Source of the DNA: Spirochaetales bacterium
GTDB taxonomy: Bacteria; Spirochaetota; Spirochaetia; JABEVK01
NCBI GenBank assembly: GCA_027451945.1
Contig: DAIDHT010000014.1
Coordinates: forward strand, 29,628-93,627
Direction: 5' to 3'
Length of the DNA: 64,000 bases
The position numbers were made by a program, and so were the translations under genes. The notes beneath the pieces are model-generated. The model saw only the letters and a program-made list of their open reading frames with translations. It had not been told where the DNA came from and searched no databases. Below, piece by piece: positions 24,607 to 34,440 of the stretch. The stretch's first letter is position 1, and each line of letters opens with the position of its first letter.

Positions 24607-27525
24607 ATGACTATCCTCACTCAAGGAAGGCTCCAGAAGGGCCTAGGTTCCTTGCTTTTTGCAGGACTTTTGGTTTTTAGTTCCTGCCAGAATCCGACCG
24701 CGCTGACCACTTCGACACCAGCGGCGGCCCGAAATGTGGCACCTACGGGGACCACCATTGGTTACTCGCACCCCTCTTCTGGGGCCTTTTCACCGGTGAA
24801 TCAAGCTGGTTGGGCCACAGCTTCTTGGGGTCTGGGGGCAACCTTCCCCAATGGCGCCGGGGGAACACTGGATGTTGGCGTCTATTCGGCTGACGCAACG
24901 CAGATTTTGCTAGAAATCTACACCCAGGATACAGGGGCTTCGGCTACCTACGACTACTGGATGTCCCAGGGGTCCGACAACGTCTGGAGGGCGGCAATTG
25001 CCTCGGTTCCCAACGGTACCCTTTACGCTTTTCGGGCTTGGGGTCCAAACTGGCCCTTTAGCACCTCCTGGACCAGGGGCAATAGTTCCGCTGGTTACAT
25101 CACGGACTGTGATTCTAGCGGCAACCGCTTCAATCCTAACAAGGTGTTGTACGACCCCTATGCCAAAGAAATCAGCCATGATATTGACAGCCCCGCTTTG
25201 GTGGCCTCCGGCAACTCTGATGTCATCTTTGCGTCGGGCGGAGCCAATGTTAGTGCTTCTCAGACCTATAGTGGCCCCATTACCGGCAACGTCACCATGG
25301 ATCTGCGTAACATTGATACGGGACCCTACGCTCCCAAGGCGGTCGCGTTTGTCGATACAACGCCAACAGGAACCAAGCCCAATATTCCCGAGTCCAATAC
25401 CATTGTCTATGAAACACACCTCAAAGGTCTGACCGCTCACCCGTCCAGTGTTAGCCTGACAACTTTATTGTCACCCTATTCTGGGTTCGCCGATGCGGCC
25501 AATGTGCCCTCAAACTTGGTAGGGACCTATGCGGGAGCCGCGTACATGGCCGGCTACTTAAAAGACCTCGGCATCAACACCGTGGAATTTCTGCCCGTCA
25601 TGGAGACCAACAACCAAGAAAATCCCTCCACCCATTCTGGCGGCAACTACTGGGGTTACATGACCTACGGCTTCTTTGCCCCCGATCGTCAATACGCTCA
25701 TGATCAGAGCTTTGGTGGGCCGACGAAAGAATTCAAGCAAATGGTTGACGCCTTTCACAATGCGGGAATTCAGGTGTACCTGGATGTCGTGTACAACCAC
25801 ACTGGCGAGGGTGGAACTTGGGACGGTACCGGGATGGAAGCTCAGATCGTCAGCTTCCGAGGACTCGACAACCGTGCCTATTACACCCTTGCGGGCACCA
25901 ATAATAATTTTTACTGGGACTCAACCGGGTGTGGGAACAATTTCAACGCCGGTTCAACACCCGAGGAAAACTTGATTCTCGCCTCGCTCAATTATTGGTC
26001 GCAAACCATGGGGGTAGACGGGTTCCGCTTCGACCTTGCCGTTGAACTGGGTAGAAACGGCAGTTCAGCGTTCTCGAGCACAGCCCCTTTGTTAACCAAC
26101 ATTGCTTCGTTAGCCTCGACCGATGGCTTTAAGATCATTGCCGAGCCCTGGGATACCCAAGATGGCGGTGAAATTGGTAATTTTCCCGCTGGTTGGGCGA
26201 ACTGGAACGGCAATTACCGCGATACAGTACGTGAGTTCATGACAGGAAACCTGGCTGGAGAAAACGGCCTAGGGTGGGCTGATGCCTTCTATGGCGATTA
26301 CAGCAAGTTCGCCGGTGAGGGTGGCCCGCAAAAATCTATTAACATGATTGACGTTCATGACGGCTTTACCTTAACCGACCTGGTCAGCTATGGTACCCAG
26401 ACCAACTCAAGCTTGAGTTGGCCTTTCGGCCCCTCGGATGGCGGTACGAGCAACAACCTGAGTTCAGCCTGGGGTGGCAACCAGACCATGCGGCGCCAGA
26501 TCATCCGCGATTTCTGGACCTTCCAGGTCTTGAGCCGCGGTATTCCCATGGTAGAATGGGGCGATGAATTTGGACGTACAGTGGACGGCAACAATAACGC
26601 GTACGATGTTGACTCGGTGGCCACCTGGAACAACTACAACATGATTGGTAGTTCAGCCCCTGACACCGTGGCAACTGGGGATACCACCGGGGGAAGTGCA
26701 ACCTACAACAACAACCTTGGCACCTTTGCGACAGCTTCCAGCGGCGGACCGAACACCAACTTTGCCTTCCTTCAGGCCCTCTTGAAGCTCCGCGCCGCTC
26801 ACCCAGCCTTCAATCAGGCAAACTATAACGAGGCGATTTCGTTCCTCACTCCGGCCGGTTCCAGCTCTGGGTTCAATGAGTGGACTCAAGCCGATGGCGA
26901 AGTTTACGTCTCGGGTAGTCAAGTCGGCGATAACGATTTCCTGGTCCTCGTCAACATGACAGGCAGTAACGTAGGCTTTACCGTTCCCACGGCCCCCTCT
27001 GGCACAGCATGGGTACGCCGTATTGACACAAATAACTGGGCTGAGTCCGTTGATAACAATTGGAGTCAGTCAGCTGGTGCACAAATCAGCGGCAGTTACA
27101 CCGTCGATAACCAGTCCATCGTCGTTTTGCAAGCTGTACCTCAGTCAACCGGGACGTTTACCATCAAGTTTATCAACAACGGTTCGTCACAAAGCGTGAC
27201 GTTCCCCGGAGACGACAACAGCTGGAGCTTAACAGCCAACACGCTGTCGGCAGCCCCGAACACCACCTACACGGTAACGGGTCCCAACCCCATTACCAGC
27301 GCCGTGCTGGCACAAGGCAACAACACCTCTACGTTGGAACTGCAGGTTTGTAACACCTCATCGGGATGGAATGGCGCCTGGGGCTTTGGCTCGTGGAGCA
27401 AGTCGAGTAACATTAGCTTCTCGAACTCGGCCGATACTCAGCTGAGTATCGCTTGCAACCCGGGGCAAAATGTTACCCTGACCATTAACGTCGCGACGAC
27501 GACGCTTTCGGCTACCGTTCAGTAG
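24607..27525 (+). CDS. Lipoprotein GH13 isoamylase (GlgX/TreX-like) with extra C-terminal beta domain
   Basis: Lipobox FSS-C-QNP; LYDPYA, NYWGY, DVVYNH, DGFRFDLA, IAEPW, VHDGF, GNNNAY. Confidence 0.93.
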   Translation: MTILTQGRLQKGLGSLLFAGLLVFSSCQNPTALTTSTPAAARNVAPTGTTIGYSHPSSGAFSPVNQAGWATASWGLGATFPNGAGGTLDVGVYSADATQILLEIYTQDTGASATYDYWMSQGSDNVWRAAIASVPNGTLYAFRAWGPNWPFSTSWTRGNSSAGYITDCDSSGNRFNPNKVLYDPYAKEISHDIDSPALVASGNSDVIFASGGANVSASQTYSGPITGNVTMDLRNIDTGPYAPKAVAFVDTTPTGTKPNIPESNTIVYETHLKGLTAHPSSVSLTTLLSPYSGFADAANVPSNLVGTYAGAAYMAGYLKDLGINTVEFLPVMETNNQENPSTHSGGNYWGYMTYGFFAPDRQYAHDQSFGGPTKEFKQMVDAFHNAGIQVYLDVVYNHTGEGGTWDGTGMEAQIVSFRGLDNRAYYTLAGTNNNFYWDSTGCGNNFNAGSTPEENLILASLNYWSQTMGVDGFRFDLAVELGRNGSSAFSSTAPLLTNIASLASTDGFKIIAEPWDTQDGGEIGNFPAGWANWNGNYRDTVREFMTGNLAGENGLGWADAFYGDYSKFAGEGGPQKSINMIDVHDGFTLTDLVSYGTQTNSSLSWPFGPSDGGTSNNLSSAWGGNQTMRRQIIRDFWTFQVLSRGIPMVEWGDEFGRTVDGNNNAYDVDSVATWNNYNMIGSSAPDTVATGDTTGGSATYNNNLGTFATASSGGPNTNFAFLQALLKLRAAHPAFNQANYNEAISFLTPAGSSSGFNEWTQADGEVYVSGSQVGDNDFLVLVNMTGSNVGFTVPTAPSGTAWVRRIDTNNWAESVDNNWSQSAGAQISGSYTVDNQSIVVLQAVPQSTGTFTIKFINNGSSQSVTFPGDDNSWSLTANTLSAAPNTTYTVTGPNPITSAVLAQGNNTSTLELQVCNTSSGWNGAWGFGSWSKSSNISFSNSADTQLSIACNPGQNVTLTINVATTTLSATVQ

Positions 27526-27540
27526 CACCTTCGACAAATA

Positions 27541-27566
27541 AAAAAGCCCGCTTCGGCGGGCTTTTT
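27541..27566. terminator. Bidirectional intrinsic terminator
   Basis: AAAAAGCCCGC-TTCG-GCGGGCTTTTT between convergent genes. Confidence 0.93.
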
Positions 27567-27583
27567 TATCGACGATTCTGGGG

Positions 27584-28468
27584 CTACCGTGAGTTAAAGG
27601 CTTCGACCAGCGCTGACATTTCTGTCTGAACTCCCGAGGTTTCCCAAACCAACTGGCCGCCAGACTTCCAGATCAGTCTAAACTCGCCTTTGTCTCGCCC
27701 ACCCTTACCATTGTGAGTCTCCCAGGTCAAAGACTGAACCTGTGCTAAGGGCGCAAACGAGAAAACACCTCCGTAAAGGCCCTGGCGGCCTCGCCGAAGA
27801 TGTTCGGGGTCGCGGATGGTCAGGAACTCTTTCTCGGTAAGAATCATCAAAAACGGAGTGGCTGATTTTCTCCACCCGACTCGTCGTTCCTCCTGGTAGG
27901 CCACAGCACGCACACAGTCACCACGGCGCAGTAGCCGACGACCATAGCTCATAAACTTAAAGTGGAGGGGGCCCACTCGGTCCAGACTATCACGGGAATG
28001 TTCCCAGGTCTCTTCATCACATTCCCCCGAGGGGGCGACAGCCTGTCGTAAGCGAAGAAGAAAAGGATCGATGAGAATTTCATTGACGCTGGCAAACGGC
28101 AGACGGGCCGCGTCGGAGCCACTCGCAACCTCAAGCCAAGACGACAACAACACAACCCCTCGCTGAAGCCAACGAATCTCGGCGAGCGGAAACCTTCGCT
28201 TTTCAATCTGACGGCCCCGCTCCTCCCACAACGTTAAAGCATGCTGGTCTAACCCCAACAAACGAGACCGAAACGCGCTGTCTTGGGGGCGTAAAGTCTT
28301 GTCGCCCGGCAAAAAGACCGCATCGGTGGGAAACATTTCTGAAGAAGCCGAAGAAAAGAGCGTGGCAAAGGCTTCAGGCAACTCCCCAGGCGATTCAGGA
28401 CGCTTCGCCCAGGTTTTCATGGTCTGAACAGAAGACGTTTTGGCGTACCAGTCGTTGTTTTCCTGCAT
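27584..28468 (-). CDS. Hypothetical protein
   Basis: 294-aa ORF fills the gap; TAGGCT -10 lies 6 nt before the ATG. Confidence 0.75.
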   Translation of the reverse strand: MQENNDWYAKTSSVQTMKTWAKRPESPGELPEAFATLFSSASSEMFPTDAVFLPGDKTLRPQDSAFRSRLLGLDQHALTLWEERGRQIEKRRFPLAEIRWLQRGVVLLSSWLEVASGSDAARLPFASVNEILIDPFLLRLRQAVAPSGECDEETWEHSRDSLDRVGPLHFKFMSYGRRLLRRGDCVRAVAYQEERRVGWRKSATPFLMILTEKEFLTIRDPEHLRRGRQGLYGGVFSFAPLAQVQSLTWETHNGKGGRDKGEFRLIWKSGGQLVWETSGVQTEMSALVEAFNSR

Positions 28469-28532
28469 AGGTTCAGCCTAACGCATCCCACTCCCCTTGA
28501 AAAGCTAAAATCTGGTTAATGTCCCTTGATCG

Positions 28533-29522
28533 TTAGTGTCCCGCAATAACTTCCATTTCCAGGTCGTTAATCATTGCCAGGTCTTTTTCTGCGCCTTGAC
28601 CCGGTTGCGTCAGGTAGCCGTCTAAAAAGAGGCTGTTAGCCGGAAAAAGCGCTAGGTTTTGCAGGCTTCTCAGGTGCAGTTCCCGACCCGCGCTGGCGCG
28701 AATTTCGGCCGACGGATTGGCGAGGCGAAACAGACACAGGTAGCGTAGGGCTTTCCAGGGACGAAGCTCCATTTTTGTCCTTTCAGCAAGTTTTGTTCCC
28801 TCGACGGCAATCAAAAAGTTCACAGGAATACTGTCGACCTTTTCACGGCGAAAGGTCAAAGCCAACTCGGCAATTTGTTCTTCCGATTCGCCCATGCCGA
28901 TGATCAGCCCAGAACACAGGGAAAAGCCTGCCTGCTGGGCGTTATGCAGGGTTTCCAGACGGTCTTGGTAGGTGTGCGTCGAACAGATTTGCGGATAAAT
29001 CTCTTCGTGGGTATTGAGGTTGTGGTTGTAGGCGTCGACCCCAGCCTCTTTCAAGAACTTCAATTTTGCCTTACCGGTATCGCCGGTCATCAACCCCATA
29101 CAGGCGCAGACCTCCATGCCGAGCTCTGCCTTGATCTGTTTGGTCGCATCAGCCAAGGTTTCTACCGCACTCCAACTCGCCGACCGCACCGCCATCGTCA
29201 CACAAAACCGGCTTCCTCCCGTTTCTTGAGCCTCTTTTGCTTGACGCACCAGCTCATCCTTGGTTAAAAATCCGTGCTTGGCGGAAACATCTTGGGCATG
29301 CTGTGATTGACCACAGTAATGACAATCTTCTGAACACAAACCTCGTTTGGCATTCGAAAGGACATTCGCTTTGACAAGATTTCCAAAATACTGCCGCCGA
29401 ACCGTCCAAGCCGCGTCTAAAATCTGCAAATGTTCGGTATCCGGTGCCCGAAGAATTGCCAGGGCATCGTCGTGGGTCAGCTCATAACCAGATAAAATGC
29501 GCTGAGCAAGCTCTTTCCACAT
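28533..29522 (-). CDS. bioB: Biotin synthase
   Basis: Radical SAM CSEDCHYC, YNHNLNT, CSGLIIGMGE, SIPVNFL, AGRE. Confidence 0.97.
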   Translation of the reverse strand: MWKELAQRILSGYELTHDDALAILRAPDTEHLQILDAAWTVRRQYFGNLVKANVLSNAKRGLCSEDCHYCGQSQHAQDVSAKHGFLTKDELVRQAKEAQETGGSRFCVTMAVRSASWSAVETLADATKQIKAELGMEVCACMGLMTGDTGKAKLKFLKEAGVDAYNHNLNTHEEIYPQICSTHTYQDRLETLHNAQQAGFSLCSGLIIGMGESEEQIAELALTFRREKVDSIPVNFLIAVEGTKLAERTKMELRPWKALRYLCLFRLANPSAEIRASAGRELHLRSLQNLALFPANSLFLDGYLTQPGQGAEKDLAMINDLEMEVIAGH

Positions 29523-29545
29523 AGGGTCACTCCTTGTGCAGGGAA

Positions 29546-29574
29546 TTGACGTCGGACAGACAGCGACGTATTAT
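29546..29574 (+). promoter_or_regulatory. bioA promoter TTGACG-N17-TATTAT overlapped by inverted repeat ACGTCG-N9-CGACGT
   Basis: Read directly in the bioB/bioA divergent gap. Confidence 0.65.
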
Positions 29575-29597
29575 CGCCGTACTCCTATCTTTTTCAG

Positions 29598-31049
29598 GTG
29601 GATTGGTCAAGGTTGAAGCGCGATAAACTGAAGAAAATCGATCAGAAACTGCTTTGGCACCCCTTTACCCAGCGCCAAGGGCTGGCAGAACCGCCTTTGA
29701 TCGTGCGGGGACGCGGCGTCAAACTCTACGACGATCAGGGCCGTTCCTATTACGATACCATAAGCTCGTGGTGGACCAATTTACACGGGCACGGACACCC
29801 TGCCCTCGTGCGTGCTGTAAAAAATCAAGCAAAACGCCTAGATCATGTCAATTTCTCGGGCTTTACGCATCCGGCTGCGCTTGAACTGACGGCGGCACTC
29901 TCCTCACGTCTCCCTGCAACACTAAACCGTTTTTTTTATTCGGACGACGGGTCGACGGCTGTTGAAGCGGCACTCAAAATGGCCTTTCAGTACCAGGTCA
30001 ACCGTGGCTTTTTGAACAAGACGCAGTTCGCCTATCTCGACGAGGGGTACCACGGCGACACCCTGGGGGCTGTGGGGGTCAGCGGCGTTGACGATTTTCA
30101 TGGAGTTTTTCGCCCCCTACGATTCTCGTCGTACCGCTTACCAGCGCCCCGAGCCCAAGCTTTGGGCAACAAAACCGGTAACCCTGTCACACTCACCTGC
30201 CCTGAAGACCTTTGGCAAACCACCGAAGCCTTGTTACGGCGGCAGGCAGCTGTCACAGCGGCGGTTATCGTCGAGCCGCTGATTCAGTGTGTTGCAGGGA
30301 TGCAACCCTACCCGGCCGATTACCTGCGCCGTCTAGGCCGTCTGTGTCGTGAACTGGACATTTTGGTCATCTACGACGAAGTGGCCACAGGCTTTGGTCG
30401 CACCGGCACGTTTTTCGCCCTCGATCAGGCGGGAACCGTCCCTGACTTTCTTTGCCTGGCCAAGGGCCTGTCCGGGGGAGTTTTGCCCTTGGCACTCACG
30501 ATAACGACAGCTGAAATTGAGCAGGCCTTCGAAGGCCCTGGCAAAACCTTTTTGCACGGCCACAGCTTTACCGCCAACCCCATAGCCTGTGCCTCGGCTC
30601 TGGCCAGCCTAAAGCTCTTTGACCCAGGATTCTGGCGTTTAGGGGCGCTTGAAAGGGCCGCTCCGGTCAGCCAAGCCTTTCATGAGTCCTTAAAGAGCTG
30701 GCAACAACGCCCCGAGCTGGGGGATATTCGCTTTTTGGGGCATATTGGCGCCGTCGACCTGGTGAACCCTGAAACCGGAAAGCCCTGGCCGGCACCCCTC
30801 AAGGCCGGGCAACGAGCCTACCAATTATCCCTTGCGAAAGGGCTGGTTCTGCGCCCCTTGGGTGACACCCTGTATTGGTTCCTTCCCCTCTGCCTTACCC
30901 CGCGCGACCTCAAAGTAATCCTCAAACTCAGCGATGAAGTTCTTACCCAGACGACCCAACTCCTCGTGCAAGAACACCGTTTGCTACCTAGGGACGAGCT
31001 TTTACCAGACGGGCTTTTGCCAGGCAAACCCACCCCGAGAGATGTATGA
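29598..31049 (+). CDS. bioA: DAPA aminotransferase
   Basis: LWHPFTQ, SSWW, YHGDT, DEVATGFGRTG, AKGLSGG, HGHS. Start GTG 29598 or TTG 29613. Confidence 0.96.
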   Translation: MDWSRLKRDKLKKIDQKLLWHPFTQRQGLAEPPLIVRGRGVKLYDDQGRSYYDTISSWWTNLHGHGHPALVRAVKNQAKRLDHVNFSGFTHPAALELTAALSSRLPATLNRFFYSDDGSTAVEAALKMAFQYQVNRGFLNKTQFAYLDEGYHGDTLGAVGVSGVDDFHGVFRPLRFSSYRLPAPRAQALGNKTGNPVTLTCPEDLWQTTEALLRRQAAVTAAVIVEPLIQCVAGMQPYPADYLRRLGRLCRELDILVIYDEVATGFGRTGTFFALDQAGTVPDFLCLAKGLSGGVLPLALTITTAEIEQAFEGPGKTFLHGHSFTANPIACASALASLKLFDPGFWRLGALERAAPVSQAFHESLKSWQQRPELGDIRFLGHIGAVDLVNPETGKPWPAPLKAGQRAYQLSLAKGLVLRPLGDTLYWFLPLCLTPRDLKVILKLSDEVLTQTTQLLVQEHRLLPRDELLPDGLLPGKPTPRDV

Positions 31050-32248
31050 CCCCCGGCCTTTTTACCGTCCGTGACGCCCTGACGGACTGGCAAGCCGACC
31101 TAAGGCGGTTAAAAGACCAAGCCCGTTGGAGGCAGGTCCGCACACCGAGCGCCGCTCAAGGACCGTTTCTTTGGCAGGACGGACGCCGTTTGGTGAACTT
31201 TTCGGGTAACGACTACTTAGGCTTGGCAGGTGACACCCAGATTGCCCAACAGCTGTCGCGTCACCTTGATACTCTGGTTCAAAACCAAAGCCTGCCACTG
31301 TGGGGGTCAACGGCCAGCCGTCTGATGGCTGGGGCTTCTCCATGGCATGCCGAGCTCGAGTCCGCCCTAGCTACCCTGTACCCTGGACGTCAAACCTTGC
31401 TGTTCAACAGCGGCTGGCATGCCAATACGGCGCTGTTGGCAGCCCTTGCGGCCCCAGGGGATGCCATTTTTGCCGACCGGTTGATTCACGCCAGTCTGGT
31501 CGACGGTTGGCGCTTATCGGGGGCCCGTTTGCACCGCTACCATCACGGGGATGCCTCGCACCTCGAGAACCTGCTCAAACGCCACCGAGGTCAGTACAAA
31601 CGGGCGTTTGTGGTCACTGAATCGCTGTTTTCAATGGACGGCGACGAAGCCGACCTCGCCGCCCTTGTTGAGCTAAAAAATCGGTACGAGGCCTTTTTAG
31701 TCGTAGATGAGGCCCATGCCTTTGGCGTGCTGGGACCTGGGGGAGCCGGGGTGGCCGCCCGGGACGGTCTGAGCGGTCAAGTAGACCTTGTGGTGGGAAC
31801 CTTTGGCAAAGCTCTTGCCTCGGTGGGGGCGTTTGTCGCGGCAGACCCGGTTGTGATCGAAGTTTTGCTTCAAAAAAGCCGCCCGCTCATTTTTAGCACA
31901 GCCCTGCCCCCGGCCTGTGCCGTTGTGACGTTGTTTCACCTTTCGCTCGAACCCGAGCTGGCCAGCCGCCGCGCTGTGCTGGCAAGCCTCGCCCGAGAGT
32001 TTCATGCCCAAGCACAGACCCATGGGTGGACGATTCCAGGGCACAGCTGGATTGCCCCCATAGTTCTGGGCATCGACGCGCGTGCCGTGCAGGCGGCAAA
32101 CCGTTGTGTCGAAGCGGGTCTGAGCGTTCTACCTATCCGCCCCCCCACCGTTCCCGAGGGCAGTGCGCGCCTGCGACTTTCGCTTCGTGCAGACATGACA
32201 CCCGACCTGTGGGCGCCCTTGTGGGCAACTCTGGAAGGTTTGTCATGA
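31046..32248 (+). CDS. bioF: 8-amino-7-oxononanoate synthase
   Basis: NDYLGL, HASL, FSMDG, DEAH, TFGKA, IRPPTVP. Confidence 0.96.
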   Translation: MTPGLFTVRDALTDWQADLRRLKDQARWRQVRTPSAAQGPFLWQDGRRLVNFSGNDYLGLAGDTQIAQQLSRHLDTLVQNQSLPLWGSTASRLMAGASPWHAELESALATLYPGRQTLLFNSGWHANTALLAALAAPGDAIFADRLIHASLVDGWRLSGARLHRYHHGDASHLENLLKRHRGQYKRAFVVTESLFSMDGDEADLAALVELKNRYEAFLVVDEAHAFGVLGPGGAGVAARDGLSGQVDLVVGTFGKALASVGAFVAADPVVIEVLLQKSRPLIFSTALPPACAVVTLFHLSLEPELASRRAVLASLAREFHAQAQTHGWTIPGHSWIAPIVLGIDARAVQAANRCVEAGLSVLPIRPPTVPEGSARLRLSLRADMTPDLWAPLWATLEGLS

Positions 32249-32955
32249 ACCTGCAATGGGTCGTTTCAGGCCCCCCCGGGGGAAGGCTTATTCTGGTGTT
32301 CAACGGTTTTGCGATGGATGAAAACCCCTGGCACCTTTGGCCAGAGCCCCAGGCGAGTTCTTTAGCCTTCGTCAGCGGGTACCAAAAGCTTTTCGAGCCC
32401 CTCGAAGCCGCCGAGCTAGCCCGACTAAGGTCCTTCAGCCGCGTGGATGTGATAGCCTGGTCGTTGGGGGTCTGGGTTTATAGCACCGTAGCCTCTGCGT
32501 GGGCCTTACCCCCAGGACAGCGCGTGGCTGTCAACGGAACCCTCAATCCTCTCCACGCCCAGTGGGGCATTCCCCCGGCGATCTTCGCGCTCACCCGCAA
32601 AACTTTTAGCGCCGAAACCCGTGAAACGTTTTATCGCCGTGTTTGTGGGTCGGACGAGGTTTGGGCTCTGTTTCAGCGGCATGCCCCCCAGCGTTTGGCC
32701 GAAGACCAAGCGGTCGAACTCGCTGTTTTACACGAGGCTCTTCAAAACACAGCGTCCTTTGTTCCACCTGAACAGTCGAGACAGCTTTTTTCGTCGGTAG
32801 TCATCGGCACCAAAGACCTCATCATGCCCCCCGCCGCTCAACGACGGTTCTGGCAAGGGGGCCGAGAAGTCGATGCTGGGCATTTTGTTTTTCACCTTTG
32901 GCCGACTTGGGAGGCTTTTTTGGCCGTCCCCGAGGATTCTGTTCATGCCGTATGA
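32245..32955 (+). CDS. bioG: Pimeloyl-ACP methyl ester esterase, BioG/DUF452 family
   Basis: ATGA overlap with bioF; LILVFNGFAMD, nucleophile AWSLG, VNGT, GIP; sits between bioF and bioC. Confidence 0.82.
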   Translation: MNLQWVVSGPPGGRLILVFNGFAMDENPWHLWPEPQASSLAFVSGYQKLFEPLEAAELARLRSFSRVDVIAWSLGVWVYSTVASAWALPPGQRVAVNGTLNPLHAQWGIPPAIFALTRKTFSAETRETFYRRVCGSDEVWALFQRHAPQRLAEDQAVELAVLHEALQNTASFVPPEQSRQLFSSVVIGTKDLIMPPAAQRRFWQGGREVDAGHFVFHLWPTWEAFLAVPEDSVHAV

Positions 32956-33691
32956 TGCGGCCTGGCATTTTCGGCGGGCCCAGGACAGCTACGAACAAGC
33001 GGCGCAGATTCAGGTCTCGATGGCGACGAGGTTGGTCAGTGCCCTCCGGCAGGTTGCTGGGCACCAGCGCTGGGCCAAAGTTTTCGAAATCGGTTGTGGA
33101 GCCTTAACCCTCACCAAGCGCCTTAAAGCCGAGTTTGAGCTTGATCAGCTGTGGTTGAACGATCTATGGCGCCCCGAGGCCCAACTCCTTGACCTACTTT
33201 CCGTCCCCGAGCTGCACTTTCTTGAGGGTGACGCCGAGCATCTGCCCTGGCCCAACAATTGCTCCTTGATCGCCGGCAACGCCGTCGTTCAGTGGTTTCA
33301 ACAACCAACCGGTGTGCTCGAAAAAGCTCATGCCTCGTTGAGCCCTTCGGGGGTGCTCGCCTTGGGGCTGTTTTTACCGGGGACCTTTGCCGAGTTCCAG
33401 CAGGCCAGCGGGCGTGGCTTGCCCTACCCGTCGCCCGAAGCGTGGCAGGCTGCCCTAGCGCCGGGCCACTGGCACGAACTTTACAGCCACGTTGAGTCAA
33501 CCACCCTGGTCTTTTCTAGCGCCCGTCAGTTATGGCGACACCTGCGCGAAACCGGCGTCGGAGGCACAACCCGTGAGGTCTGGACGCGTACTCGCTGGGA
33601 ACACTTTTTGCAAACCTACCCCCGCGACGCCGAAGGTCAGTGGCCGCTAACCTATCGTTCTTGGCTCTGGCTTCTAAGGAGGAATCCATGA
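32945..33691 (+). CDS. bioC: Malonyl-ACP O-methyltransferase
   Basis: FRRAQDSYEQAAQIQ, EIGCG, GDAE, VQW, HLRETGV, LTY. Confidence 0.92.
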   Translation: MPYDAAWHFRRAQDSYEQAAQIQVSMATRLVSALRQVAGHQRWAKVFEIGCGALTLTKRLKAEFELDQLWLNDLWRPEAQLLDLLSVPELHFLEGDAEHLPWPNNCSLIAGNAVVQWFQQPTGVLEKAHASLSPSGVLALGLFLPGTFAEFQQASGRGLPYPSPEAWQAALAPGHWHELYSHVESTTLVFSSARQLWRHLRETGVGGTTREVWTRTRWEHFLQTYPRDAEGQWPLTYRSWLWLLRRNP

Positions 33692-34440
33692 TCGTTTTTG
33701 TCACAGGTATAGACACTGACGTGGGCAAAACTTGGATCACCGGAAAACTGTTAGGAACGCTTCGTCACACGGTGAACGCCGGTTCTATGAAGCTCGTACA
33801 AACCGGACAAGAACGTGGCCCCGGCCCCGAGGGGGTTTCGCAGGATCTTCGTGAGCACCGCCGCCTGGCGGGCATGAACTTGCTGTCTGAAGACCTCGAG
33901 GGCCTTACTTGCCCGTGGATTTTTCGGGAACCAGCCTCACCCCACTGGGCCGCTCAAAAAGAAGGGCACCTCTTAAAAGAAGAGACGCTAGCAAATGCGG
34001 CCTCCTTGCTCGAAGAACGCTTTCCGTTGGTGCTCTGCGAAGGAGCCGGTGGCATCCTGGTCCCCTTGGCGCCAGGGTTGTCTACCTTAGATTTTGTGGC
34101 ACGACGAGGTTGGCCTGTCCTGGTCGTCACCACGCCCCGGCTGGGTAGTATCAACCATACCTTGCTGACCATCGAAGCGGTCAAAGCCCGAGGGCTGGCC
34201 TTGGCGGTGATTGTGAACCGCTGTGACGCCTGGGGCGAGAGCCTGAGAGCCAGCCTGCTGAGCACCTTGGCAGAACTTCAAAGCCAGGGTCGTGTGATTG
34301 AAATTCCTGAGTCGGCACCCGGTGAAGCGGGCCCTCGTGATTCGGACACCAACGAGGGGTTCTCCGCTCTAGCCCAAGTCGTGCTAAACCTCTGCTCAAG
34401 ACCAGGCGGCCTTGACTCGCGCCGAAAAGGCCTCTTGTAA
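33688..34440 (+). CDS. bioD: Dethiobiotin synthase
   Basis: FVTGIDTDVGKT, KLVQTG, PASPH, EGAGG, LGSINHT; AGGAGG SD. Confidence 0.95.
   Translation: MIVFVTGIDTDVGKTWITGKLLGTLRHTVNAGSMKLVQTGQERGPGPEGVSQDLREHRRLAGMNLLSEDLEGLTCPWIFREPASPHWAAQKEGHLLKEETLANAASLLEERFPLVLCEGAGGILVPLAPGLSTLDFVARRGWPVLVVTTPRLGSINHTLLTIEAVKARGLALAVIVNRCDAWGESLRASLLSTLAELQSQGRVIEIPESAPGEAGPRDSDTNEGFSALAQVVLNLCSRPGGLDSRRKGLL

Noticed and set aside
29590-29620. BirA operator
   Set aside because: One half-like site (GTTGAAG) without a matching inverted partner.
32026-32244. N-terminal extensions in the ORF track (bioG, bioC, bioD, DegT, CoxM-like, mltD)
   Set aside because: They overlap upstream genes; better starts with an SD or stop/start overlap lie downstream.
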